Below, one piece after another: positions 24,772 through 36,213 of a stretch of 64,000 bases of DNA. Every line of letters starts with the position of its first letter. The first letter of the stretch is position 1. Location: assembly GCA_010405405.1 (NCBI GenBank), contig MU004234.1, positions 1,267,275 to 1,331,274 on the forward strand, written 5' to 3'. The DNA is from Microthyrium microscopicum. Its lineage: Eukaryota. The notes under the pieces were generated by a model. The model did not search any database. It saw only the letters and a program-made list of their open reading frames with translations, and was not told the origin of the DNA. Position numbers and translations under genes: made by a program.

Positions 24772-27031
24772 ATGCCAGATCGAAAGCGACGTGTCAAGAC
24801 AGGCTGCCTGAGCTGTCGACAACGACGCGTGAAATGCGACGAGCGAAGGCCGATCTGCCAACGATGCGAGATAGCGAACATTTCATGCGAAGGATATCAG
24901 CCTGCACGAAGACTGCCACCAAAAAGACCTGAGAAAAAACAAGGCGGCAGTAATGGGAACGACATAGCCTCCCGAGTTCACGTCGATGTCGACGACGAAA
25001 GACTGGATCACCCTCTATTCAATTTTCCGAACGACTCCGAGACGTCACGAATACCCCATCAACGCGGCCGTGAGATTCTTGGTCAAATGCAGTATGCGCA
25101 TCGAACGGCCAAATTGCTTTTCAGAGAAGATCAGCTGTATTTCTGGCGGGATTATCTCTCGGGATGCGCCATGGGTGCAGAGTATGTGTATGATGCGATA
25201 ACCGCCATAGGTCTTATGCACAGGGCGGCTTTAATGCTTTCTGATGGCCAATTGAGATCACAGGTATGTTAGTCATGCGGTTCCAATTCAATTTGATATT
25301 TGTTCCCTCTGTATGACCTTAGTTGCAATGAATTTGATGGGCAACGACCTTCCAAAGGCGGACTCGGATCTCGCTTATTGTCTTACTTCCTGAATTTTGC
25401 CGGTTAAGATCAATCATTCTTAAGCACGCGAGTCCAGCTAGTTTTCTAGGTCAATCAATTATGATTCTAACTGGCATCAGGGACTAGACTACAAGGTGGC
25501 CGCATACCAGGTTTATGCCAATACATTAACGCGGTTGCACGACGTGTGCATTCAAGCTCCTGAAGCGCAACCAGAGATTTTGATCGCAGTCCTTCTAATC
25601 TTAACATATTTTGAGGTTAGTCAGAACCCATAACGGATTCAATTTTTCACTGAAAGTATTTAGTGTTTCGCTGGGAACCATACCGCCGCATTTCAACACC
25701 TAAGAACGGCGCAGAGCCATTTGGATGAGGCAAATTTGCCTGGACTCCTACATAGCGCGGCACTGGAAGCCTGTATCGGTGAGCTGGGACTCGTAGTTCA
25801 AGTTGTTCTTCCGCTGCCACTGATCGGCTTCCCTCTCATCAAGACTTTGACTGCTGTAGACTCAGTACCAGCTCCGTGTACATTTAAGGGCGCAAGAAAC
25901 TCGTCCCAAGATCTAGCAGCTCTTATCGAGTTACTCTGCAGCTATAAACGAATTAACGTTGGAGTCTGGTGCTTTCTCTCTAACACCGAAGAAACACTGG
26001 ATCCATATGCCCTGGCTGGATTTCAGGCCAGCATCTTATACTGGAGAAGTCAATCTGGGAGCACATTCGACCGCTGTGACGAAAACCAACATATCACGAA
26101 ACACACCGATCTAGAAGACCTCTCCATTCCACCAAAAGCCAAATCGTTTCGATCTCTGGAGGCAGCGTTAGGGGCCGCCGTTTTTCACTGCTACATGGGA
26201 CGTAGTGACTGTCTTATTTCAACGGCAATGGGGGGCAATGAACAACGCGAAAAATCGGCACAATTGCACGCCTACCATATTCTATGCATCGCTGAGGGTA
26301 TACAACAAGAACTAGAGAAAAGCCTGAATGATCGAAGTTATCTGCCATGCAACGCAATTAAAATGGGTCTCATTCCTCTGTTGTTCATGGCCTCTCAGTT
26401 CTGCTACGATGCATCATGGGTGGAATTCATTATCGAAAAGCTCGGATCTTTAGGACAAGAAGGCTTATATAACGGCACTCACTTCGCTCGCGCCTTGCAG
26501 GTACTACCTCTCTTTCAGAGTCAAGCCAAAAAGCTTGAGTCTAAGCAATCTGCGACTGCCAAACCCAGGACGTCGCCTCCGTCCCTTAGGTTTAACGTCG
26601 TTCCTATGCTCTTTCCAGGCACTGAGGAAGACAAAGCTGTTGCATACTACATAAGAGCTCTGAAACATAATCAGGTTGACAGGACACAAGGTCGAAGAAA
26701 TGTCGTTCAAGTTGTGGGCCGAGTTAGGTGGGAAAAGTCCACGGATGGTACATCCACCACTGCCGCAATGGACTTCTTTGATCCTGGTCATGCAATCAAC
26801 CAAGGTTTGAACGATCGGTGCATGTATCTACAGATTGCGAGGAACGAGCCCATTGCACTAGAGTGGGAGACTTTACTTGGCACAGATGCTCTCGGGCGGT
26901 ATGGTTACTTTGTTCATTTGGCTGCTGAACGGGACGCTCTGATTGAGCGAGTTCAATCGGGTGTTGATGATAGGCAACTGATAGACAAAATAAATGGCGT
27001 GCCCCCATCAACTTCGATGGCTCCCACATAA
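24772..27031 (+). CDS. Zn(II)2Cys6 transcription factor (N-terminal cluster plus fungal-specific TF domain)
   Basis: RVKTGCLSCRQRRVKCDERRPICQRCEIANISCEGY. Introns at about 25264-25480 and 25616-25663 link to the 25721-27031 ORF. Confidence 0.85.
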
Positions 27032-27187
27032 CGCGCTCAGATATTGAGTGCTTTATTTACCATATAGAGCGTTCAGGCTTAGTCACTTTATCGAATGCGA
27101 TAGAAAATATAACACTTCTTGATTAGAAGCGTTGGTGGGAGCCAGCGAAGTTGATGGGAGAACGCCAGTTATTTTGTCATGCGGTTG
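26976..27187. mobile_element. MITE-like element copy 3 (diverged), overlapping the TF stop codon
   Basis: Left arm gacaaaataaatggcgtgcccccatcaacttcgatggctcccac versus the reverse complement of the right arm gacaaaataactggcgttctcccatcaacttcgctggctcccac; same TIR core as copies 1 and 2. Confidence 0.75.
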
Positions 27188-27611
27188 ATAGGCCGATGAT
27201 TGGAGAAGCGGACAGCCCGACCTGATGTATGACAAATACACACTATAAAGTACATGCTCTGTTTACCCCGATTTTGACATTTGTGTACTTCGGAGTTCAA
27301 AGTATGATGCTCGGCAATCTCGCTACTCGGCTATCTCGCCTAGCATCCTCAAGCCCTCTCGCGTATCTCGCCTCTGAAGAAGTAACGACAAGCGAGCCAA
27401 AGTTGATCGATTTCCAAGTCGCCAGGCTCGCCTGACTCGGTACTCATTAAAGACTACGATGGCTTCGGATATGTATAGTTCAAGGCTAAGGAGACTTAAA
27501 TAGCGCTGAAGATTCCCTATCAATGGGTTGAAACTCATCGATCCAGCTCTTCATTCAAAAAGATCAGTCCAACAAGGCATAACTCTACCTGCAATAATTA
27601 CAAACACCAGC

Positions 27612-28306
27612 ATGCCTCATATCAGACTTTGGTTTTCTCCAGGTGCTTGCTCACTTGCTCCACACGTTGTAAGTCCAGGTCGCACAACTTTGTCCCGTGA
27701 CGAGAAACAGAACTGAACATATGTGCTCTCTAGGCTCTGCGAGAGGCTGGAATTGATTTCGAACCTATCGAGGTTACTTTCGAGTCAGTCTCCAGCGAGT
27801 TTGTAAAGCTCAATCCCAAGAAACGCATCCCGGTCCTGGCAATAGACGATGAAATTATCACTGAGATACCTGCAATCATGACAGCCATTTCACAGCAAAA
27901 ACCAGATTCGAACCTTTTAGGGCGCAATGATCTTGAAATTGTTCGGACCTACGAATGGATGAACTGGTTGTCTGGGACCTTGCATGGACAGTGTTTTGGG
28001 ACGCTTTATCGACCAGCACGCTTTACCAGCAAGCCGGAGCTCCATAAAGATCTTCAGGAACACGCCATTGTTACTATCAAGGAGTGTTTTGACAGCATAG
28101 AGCACCAGCTATCCGACATACATGCCGTTGGACAGGGATTCACTGTGGTAGACGCATATCTCTTGGTGTTTTGGCGATGGGGAAACAAGACTCAGGGGAT
28201 AGATATGACGGACTATCCCCGGTACTCTGCTCTTGCGTCGGCAGTTCTTGATCGAGCATCTGCCAAGACAGTCATGGATGTAGAGAGACTGTCAAGCAGA
28301 ATTTAG
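27612..28306 (+). CDS. Glutathione S-transferase (beta-class-like)
   Basis: MPHIRLWFSPGACSLAPHV|ALREAG (intron 27669-27732), LNPKKRIPVL, ITEIPAI and FTVVDAYL. Confidence 0.9.
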
Positions 28307-29044
28307 TGATGGAGCCGACTGGAAGGCAGGTTGAAGCTCAAGCCTGGATAATGTTGGAAGCCAGAGGGTGTGGGTTTGACCATAGCTGCGACATGGAGCG
28401 CTAAACTGATAAAAACGAATTGAATTTCCTTCCAGAGAAAGCTGCTTGCTTTATCAGAGTGATGTTTCTAAGAGAGGTGATGAACTAAGGCGGGCAGAAT
28501 AGGTGACGCGCTTTCCATCAACTTCTATAGCCCATCAGCGTCTATGAGAAAAGGTGCTGGATTTTTCATCGAGTTGGATTGACCGAAAGGTTGAAAACTC
28601 AATCTGGGAATGTACCCAACGCTCGATAAGAGAACGTACCTAGCGTGCTAGGTAGCTGATGATAGACAATGCACTCGATGGGAATGTTATGGCATGAATA
28701 GTGCATCGGCCCGACTATAGATATCGGCATGCCGAGACAGCTGCAGGTCCTAGCTCCTTAGCGGCTGTTGGGTTGTGCTTGCCAACTGTCGCAGCCGCCT
28801 TGTGACATCAACACATCATACAGCTCCAAGTCTTCATCTTGATCCTGCGTCCAGACCCGTCCTACCTGTACGCAACGTTCTTCGCACAGGTCCCACCTTT
28901 GAGAGCCTCTACACAGATCCGTCTACCTACAAACCTGCCAAACCTCTCCAGAACGCATTACAAAATATCCGCAGCGCCACCAAGATACGACCGCCACACG
29001 ACTGAGATCCTCGCTACTCTTGCCACTGAGGCGCGCCGAGAAGC

Positions 29045-32000
29045 ATGCGGAATCCGAGCCTACCGCGATGGAAAAGTATATACCTGATCTGGGTGTCAAC
29101 TGCGTTACCTCTTCTTATATCCGCTGTCACACACGAGGCCGGTCGATGTGCCATACGCGGCAACTGTGGCAAAGAGGGCCTATTTAGCCCACAGCTACCA
29201 TGTCCAGACAATGGCCCAGCTGAAGTACCGGATGATAAAACAAGAGCGTCGCTTATTGAGATATGTGGCGACGACTGGAAAGATTCGAAGGTGTGCTGCA
29301 AGCCGGAGCAGCTCGAAACACTACAGACAAATTTGAAAAGAGCGGATTCCATCATATCTAGCTGTCCAGCATGCAGAGCCAATTTTGTCAACCTCTTTTG
29401 CACCTTTACATGTTCTCCGGATCAGTCGCTTTTCGTGAACGTCACGCGAACAACAGAAAAAGCTGGGAAGAGTTTGGTGACCGAGCTTGATCATCTCGTG
29501 TCAGATAAATATGGCGAAGGATTCTACGACAGTTGCAAAGAAGTGAAATTCGGAGCTTCCAATGGCAAGGCCATGGATTTGATTGGCGGCGGGGCACAAA
29601 ATTATACCGATTTTTTGAACTTCTTGGGCAAAAAGAAGTTTCTAGGCAGTCCATTCCAGATGAACTTCAACCGATCGAACGAGGCAGACTTTCCCGGAAT
29701 GAAGCCTATGGATAAAAAGACAAGGAGCTGCAACGACGAAGACGAGCAATACCGATGTGCTTGTGTCGATTGTCCACAGTCATGCAAAGCATTACCCGAA
29801 GTGGCAGATGAAGGGGAGTGCTATGTTGGCATTTTGCCTTGTCTCTCCTTCGCAGTGATTATAGTATATTCTGGCTTGTTACTGATGCTTGTCATGACCA
29901 TTTCCGGTCATGTCGCATATCAAAAACATGCCCAGCGAAAGAATGAACAGCTCAGACTTCTCCACGATGCCGCGCAAAGCGATGATGAAGATGAGGGTGA
30001 CATTGTTCACAATGCTGGTATGCTGGAACGCCCTCAAAGACACTATTGGCTTAACACACTATGCGATAAAGCCTTTAGCAAATTAGGCATGTTCTGTGCC
30101 GAGTTTCCTGCTATCACCATTGGCCTGAGTCTCTTCGGAGTAGCCCTCCTCAGCCTAGGTTGGATTCGTTTCGCAGTAGAGACTGATCCTGTCCGATTGT
30201 GGGTCTCTCCCGACTCTGCAGCAGCAAAAGAAAAGGCATACTTTGATGACAACTTCGGACGCTTTTACAGAGCCGAGCAAGTCTTCATTGTGAATGACAC
30301 CGATGTATCAAAAGCCCCAGTTGTCAGCTACGATACACTGAGATGGATGTTTGACATTGAAGGTCGAGTCAACCGACTTAGAGCGCCAGGTGGTATCACT
30401 CTTGATGATGTCTGTTTCAAGCCAGTAGACAATGTTTGTGTTGTCCAGTCCGTCTCTGGATACTTCCAAGGGGACGTCAACAACCTTAGTCCCAAAACCT
30501 GGGAGGATGATCTCCAACATTGCGCGGAAAGCCCGGTTGATTGTCTTCCAGAATTCCAACAACCACTCAATCCCAACATCGTGTTCGGTCGATACGGTGA
30601 AGATGTTCTTGATGCTCAATCTCTCGTTATAACGTGGGTTATCAATAATCATCCTGAGGATTCGGAAGAACTGAAGAAGACCATGGTGTTTGAGAACGCT
30701 TTGAAAGATACTCTTCTGGGCATCCAGATGGAAGCTAAAGAGAGAGGTTTACGCCTATCTTTCAGTACCGAAGTCAGTCTCGAACAAGAGCTCAACAAGT
30801 CTACCAACACAGACGCGAAGATTGTCGTCATCAGCTATATTGTCATGTTTTTGTATGCCTCTCTTGCGTTGGGCTCGACATCATTGGGCATCAGGTCGAT
30901 CCTCAGCGACCCAACCAGTCTCTTAGTTCAGTCGAAGTTTATGCTTGGTGTTGTGGGCATTGCCATCGTTCTCATGTCGGTTTCAGCATCAGTTGGACTA
31001 TTTTCGGCCATGGGTATTAAAGTTACACTCATCATCGCTGAAGTGATTCCATTCCTGGTTCTTGCTGTGGGCGTGGACAACATCTTCCTGATTGTCCATG
31101 AGTTTGAGCGTGTCAACGTTAGCCATCCGGATGGTCCTGTCCATGTTCGCATGTCCAAAGCACTAGGCCGCATGGGACCAAGTATTTTGCTGTCTGCATC
31201 AACCGAGACTGTAGCATTTGCGCTTGGTGCAGCGGTTGGTATGCCGGCGGTGAGAAATTTTGCTGCATACGCTGCTGGTGCTGTATTCATCAATGCCATA
31301 CTACAAGTTACAATGTTTGTATCTGTTTTGGCACTCAACCAGCGACGAGTCGAGGCTGGCAGAGCCGATTGTATCCCGTGCATCAAGGTCACTAATCGTG
31401 ATCCCATGTCGGGCGGACATATGATGTACGGTATGGAAGACGAAAGCGCATTGCAAAGATTTATTCACAAGCGATATGCTCCCACGCTCTTGCGGCCAAA
31501 AGTCAAAGTTGGCGTTGTTGCTTTCTTCTTGGCACTATTTACTGCGGGTCTTTCTTTGTTGCCTGAAATCGAGCTGGGTCTGGATCAACGAATCGCAATC
31601 CCAAGCGACTCTTACTTGATTCCCTACTTCAATGACCTCGAAAAATACTTTGGTGTTGGACCACCAGTTTATTTCGTTACTCGAGATCTTAACATTACAC
31701 AACTCGAACACCAAAAGGAACTATGCGGCCGATTTCTTGCATGCGACGATTACTCGTTGTCAAATATTCTCGAACAGGAGAGAAACCGACCAAATGTCTC
31801 GTACATTGCAGATGCTACTGCATCCTGGATCGATGATTTCTTCCTTTGGCTCAATCCTGACTTTGAGGACTGCTGCACAACAAGAGGCAAATCTTGCTTT
31901 GAAGGCCGCGATCCGCCATGGAACAGAGCACTAAAAGGGATGCCGGAGGGTACAGAATTCATTGATTACGTCCAACGATGGCTCAAAGCTCCTACTACCG

Positions 32001-32986
32001 CGGAGTGCCCAGTCGCTGGCGCTGCTGCATACGGCACCTCTGTTAAGGTTGACGCTGATAATACCGCCATTCCAGCATCAGCCTTCCGAACTTCACACAC
32101 TCCTCTCAGAAGCCAGCGCGAATATATCGCGGCATACAAAGCTGCCCGTCGTATCGCTGCGGATATCAGTGAACGTAACGGCATTGACGTCTTTCCCTAC
32201 TCAGTCTTCTACATATTCTTCGACCAATACACCACTATTGTTTCTCTTGCTGGTAAACTCCTTGGCTCCGCAGCTGCCATCATCTTTGTCCTCACCACCG
32301 TCCTCCTTGGCTCGCTGCGAACGGGTCTCGTTGTTACTGCAACTGTCTCCATGACCATCGTCTCGATACTTGGCTGCATGGCGATTGCCGGTGTCTCCCT
32401 CAACGCGGTATCTCTCGTCAATCTCATCATTTCCGTTGGTATCGCACTCGAGTTCTGCGCTCATATTGCTCGAGCGTTTACTTTTCCCAGCACATCCGTC
32501 ATGGAACGTGCTCCCCGGCTTGCTTTCACCAGCAGTCAAGCTATGCGGAATGGCCGTGAAGAACATCTCATGTCACACCGTCTACCATCAGTGCAGACAA
32601 GTCGGTCAGCAAGCAAAGACGTTCGTGCATGGGCTGCACTGGCGAACGTGGGTTCTAGTGTCATCTCTGGCATCACCATCACCAAAATTCTCGGTGTAGC
32701 CGTGCTAGCGTTCACACGGAGTAAGATATTTGAGGTGTATTACTTCAGAGTGTGGGTCGCCCTGGTCATCATGGCCTCTACTCACGCTTTAATATTCTTG
32801 CCAGTGGCCTTGAGTCTATTTGGTGGTCGAGGTAAGTCTTTCCCCACAGACATGCTGACTTCTGATACTAATTGCTGCATAGGATATGTTGACCCCGAAT
32901 CAGAGGGGGGCTTAGAGCAAGACCTGCGGAGCAGAAGATATCCAGCTCTGCTAGGCGATGAGGAGTACGACTCGGATGAGTACTAG
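29045..32986 (+). CDS. NCR1: Niemann-Pick C1-like sterol transporter (Ncr1)
   Basis: Signal peptide, Cys-rich NPC1 N-terminal domain (SCPACRANF..LFC.FTCSPDQS), ETDPVRLW, sterol-sensing domain EVIPFLVLAVGVDNIF and C-terminal TM bundle. A likely 51-nt in-frame intron lies at 32832-32882. Confidence 0.95.
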   Translation: MRNPSLPRWKSIYLIWVSTALPLLISAVTHEAGRCAIRGNCGKEGLFSPQLPCPDNGPAEVPDDKTRASLIEICGDDWKDSKVCCKPEQLETLQTNLKRADSIISSCPACRANFVNLFCTFTCSPDQSLFVNVTRTTEKAGKSLVTELDHLVSDKYGEGFYDSCKEVKFGASNGKAMDLIGGGAQNYTDFLNFLGKKKFLGSPFQMNFNRSNEADFPGMKPMDKKTRSCNDEDEQYRCACVDCPQSCKALPEVADEGECYVGILPCLSFAVIIVYSGLLLMLVMTISGHVAYQKHAQRKNEQLRLLHDAAQSDDEDEGDIVHNAGMLERPQRHYWLNTLCDKAFSKLGMFCAEFPAITIGLSLFGVALLSLGWIRFAVETDPVRLWVSPDSAAAKEKAYFDDNFGRFYRAEQVFIVNDTDVSKAPVVSYDTLRWMFDIEGRVNRLRAPGGITLDDVCFKPVDNVCVVQSVSGYFQGDVNNLSPKTWEDDLQHCAESPVDCLPEFQQPLNPNIVFGRYGEDVLDAQSLVITWVINNHPEDSEELKKTMVFENALKDTLLGIQMEAKERGLRLSFSTEVSLEQELNKSTNTDAKIVVISYIVMFLYASLALGSTSLGIRSILSDPTSLLVQSKFMLGVVGIAIVLMSVSASVGLFSAMGIKVTLIIAEVIPFLVLAVGVDNIFLIVHEFERVNVSHPDGPVHVRMSKALGRMGPSILLSASTETVAFALGAAVGMPAVRNFAAYAAGAVFINAILQVTMFVSVLALNQRRVEAGRADCIPCIKVTNRDPMSGGHMMYGMEDESALQRFIHKRYAPTLLRPKVKVGVVAFFLALFTAGLSLLPEIELGLDQRIAIPSDSYLIPYFNDLEKYFGVGPPVYFVTRDLNITQLEHQKELCGRFLACDDYSLSNILEQERNRPNVSYIADATASWIDDFFLWLNPDFEDCCTTRGKSCFEGRDPPWNRALKGMPEGTEFIDYVQRWLKAPTTAECPVAGAAAYGTSVKVDADNTAIPASAFRTSHTPLRSQREYIAAYKAARRIAADISERNGIDVFPYSVFYIFFDQYTTIVSLAGKLLGSAAAIIFVLTTVLLGSLRTGLVVTATVSMTIVSILGCMAIAGVSLNAVSLVNLIISVGIALEFCAHIARAFTFPSTSVMERAPRLAFTSSQAMRNGREEHLMSHRLPSVQTSRSASKDVRAWAALANVGSSVISGITITKILGVAVLAFTRSKIFEVYYFRVWVALVIMASTHALIFLPVALSLFGGRGKSFPTDMLTSDTNCCIGYVDPESEGGLEQDLRSRRYPALLGDEEYDSDEY

Positions 32987-33283
32987 CGATTACTTGGTCA
33001 TTCAAGTTCGCGTGGAATGACTATATGGGCACAGCCTGTAAACTAGTTATACGCTATCACAATATACGCACCACAAGGTTCATACAAGATGACTTATATT
33101 CATGAGCACATGTAAGACTGAGTTCAAGATCAGATTAAGGCTATTCTCCCTTCATGTTCTACAGGAGTTCTTTAGACTGACGCCACAGTGCCCACGTAGC
33201 TAAAACTGGACGAGATCTCGCGTTTCTATGACCTCCATTTTCCATCTCTTCTCGCTTGAACCAGAAGTGGTGACTGGAGTCAT

Positions 33284-33562
33284 TTACTTCTTATAGGAGT
33301 CGTAGTTGCTGCAAGTGGTTAGGAGCGGGAAGAGGCCACTGACAACTGACGAGGCTACTTACCCATAGTCTCCGTATTGTCCATAGGTCTTGTATGGATT
33401 GTCTGGTGGTGGTGGTGGTGCGCCATAGCTACCATAGCTGGCATAGCCCTGGGGTTTGGCTTCTGGCTCTGCCACTGGTGCTGGGGCGGCTTCGGGCTCA
33501 GCAACTGGAGCAGCCACGGCGAGGCTCGAGAAGAAGAGAGCAACGATAGTGATGAAACGCAT
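33284..33562 (-). CDS. Small secreted Tyr-repeat peptide 1 (74 aa), candidate RiPP precursor
   Basis: Exons 33562-33363 and 33308-33284: MRFITIVALFFSSLAVA-APVAEPEAAPAPVAEPEAKP-QGYASYGSYGAPPPPPDNPYKTYGQYGDYGNYDSYKK*. Confidence 0.85.
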
Positions 33563-35757
33563 GTTGAGTGAGTATCTGTTGATTGAGTAAGTGAAAGTTG
33601 ATTGAATCTTGGGTATGAGTGGAAGAGATTAGGAGAATGGGGCAATAAGCTCTTCTTTAACTACTTGTCTGGTTGGTCTTGTCTGGTTGGTCATGCAAAT
33701 GTCATAGCTAGGTAGCTATGCTTGTTTGCGTCTGCAAGCGGCGGTGTGAGCGTGTCAGATTGTGGGTAACGGAACCTGCCATATTGATGGTACACTGCCG
33801 GGTGCATGCAGCACTACTTGCTAATGTTTCAATGCTCTGTGTTCCTGGCGGAGGGTCACTTGCCAGCCTCGTCGTTCAGCAATCGGTGTAAATCGATAAC
33901 TAGTTGTGCAGCTGAAGCCGTGATCAATTGGGACCCTCAATACTTGCATGATCACGTTTGCAAAAACAAATCTTTCAGATGATATCTGAGCACTAATCCT
34001 TACTGGCTAAGAAATTCATTTGGTTCTAGTAGGTACTGGCAATCGTTCTTTGATATGGCAAAACTCTCTAGAGCTCAAGTAAACCTGCCCCGCGAAGCAA
34101 GACTCCAAATCAGATGTCGGTATGGTAGCATGGGCTCCCGCCAGGGGGTGAAGTGGATTTGCAGATCGGCACTCTGTTACCTTGAATATTGAGTGGACTC
34201 AGCGGAGAAAAGGCTATCAGTCACGAGCTAAAATTGCTAGCATAATAGGATGTACTTGATATTGTCAACTGACGAGAACCAGACATAGAATGAGATCTAG
34301 ATGCTGGCCATTTCTTCATTGAAAGACGCAGCTGCAGCCTTTATGCAGCTGCAAGTCTAATAGATCACGGCCATGTATGCCAAGCCTAAAAAGCAAGCAC
34401 CCGAGCAGTCATAATTTCTAATGCGGACCCAACATATGCTTACAGTAATCTACTTTGCTGGTTCAAGTATCGACATGCCTATCCTCAATCCCCGGTATTC
34501 TAGCATCATAGTTGGCACGTCATTGTTGCACTACGCACAAAAATGGATTCCTCGGGATAGATTGGGATTTCATCATGTCAGCCTTCAACAAATTTGCATT
34601 GTTTCAGCCAACGACAAGTGGCTAAATTTGCACAGTCCAGATCAATGGATGTGGCGATCAATCATTGGCAGAAGCCAACACTCTTGAACCTGAACCGAAG
34701 AATACATCGTAACCAGTGTCGATTTGCATCATAAAGCCATGACCAGAAGACAGAAAGTTGGCAGCGTTATAAAGTACCATATGGATCGATCAGCCAGTGA
34801 CCACCCAGGCATATCCAGCCTTGCCAGCGCAGGGATCAAGCTTTCCCCACAAGGCTGAATTGAGAGGAACGCTGACACGCTAAACACGCTAGGAAGACTA
34901 TATCTACCTTCATTGGTCAGCAAGCGAGACGCTAACTCCATTTTTCCACGTAGGCTTGGCGCCGGCTTTTCTTTATTCAGACTTCACATCGTCTCAAAAG
35001 TGGAATGACTTCTCCAATCTTCCAACATCTTTACTATTGTCTTATATTGCGCTCATGGAGTCACAGCTATCGTAGCTGCCGGGTTAGATTACCATCCAGT
35101 CCTATCCGTGTGGTACAGATACTGCTGCTTTCCACATCTGCTTTGCGCAGCGGCCAGCCCATCTGATCTTGTTGGGCAAGTCCACCGTTCTCACCCAACC
35201 TGTCTGCAAAGGCAAAACAGCTCCTTTCAGCTCTTCCAAAGCACATTATTTACCCCGCATTCATGGCCAGCCTCTTATGATATCGTGGGTTTGTCTAGAC
35301 CAATGCTAAGCTTGACGATGGAGCTACGGATGCCGCACGCCCAGTCGCTTATTGACACTTGGTGGTAAAGCCAAGAACATAGCCACGCCTTGCTTTGCGG
35401 CTACATACTCTCTTACTGGCTGTGTTATCGGTGTGCATTACACGACCGCGATGCCATAACCTGCGTGATTTGATCTAGGCAACCTTCGCACTGGCGTTAC
35501 CTGGCTAGCCTGGGATCAAAGCACTATTGAACGTCTCTGGGTACCCTGGAGCTGATCTAATCCCGCTGTTCTGGGAACTTGCATTGATGTGTGGTACCGT
35601 AAGACAGTACTAAAGAGCTAGGTTGGAGTATTGAATAATTCCATTCTTAGGTAATATTTGACAATTGGGCTGTATTGCATTATCGTCTCCTCTTCCAGTT
35701 ATCTCGTCATCCACTCTTTATTACTCCTGATGCAATACAGACCACCCCGAAATCTGC

Positions 35758-36213
35758 TTAGTTGGCTTTTCCCGCGGCTTTGGCAGCCTTCTCAGTCTCC
35801 TTAGAGTACCTTCCATAGGTGCCGTATTTCCTGTCCTCGTTAGTCACGACATTTCACGAAGTTTCCGGGCCAGAGAGCAAGCATCATAGAGAAACCCCCG
35901 ATTGGAGACGAGCTTTTGCGGAACACTACACGTACCCATAATTGTCATATGGAGCATATCCTGCTACCTTATCGGTGTTTGCGACAGCTCGAGCCTGGTG
36001 GCTGTGTGCCTTCTCTGGCTTTGCCGCTGCCTTTGGAGCTTCTTTTGCAGCTTCTTTGACGTCTTTCGAGTATGTGCCATACGTAGAGTATGTAGGGCCA
36101 TAGCTACCGTAGGTGGCATAGGTCGTCGGATAATCTTTGTAGTTTGCATAGCCTGGAACGGGTGCGGCAATGACCGTCGCCGCGAGCGCAAGAACAACAC
36201 TTGTAAAATGCAT
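35758..36213 (-). CDS. Small secreted Tyr-repeat peptide 2 (116 aa), candidate RiPP precursor
   Basis: Exons 36213-35936 and 35830-35758: MHFTSVVLALAATVIA-APVP-GYANYKDYPTTYATYGSYGPTYSTYGTYSKDVKEAAKEA...VAGYAPYDNYGKYGTYGRYSKETEKAAKAAGKAN*. Confidence 0.85.

Noticed and set aside
22474..27187. Recurring ~30-bp motif considered as CRISPR-like repeats
   Set aside because: Eukaryotic context; the copies are inverted pairs kilobases apart, not regularly spaced direct repeats. Explained as MITE arms.
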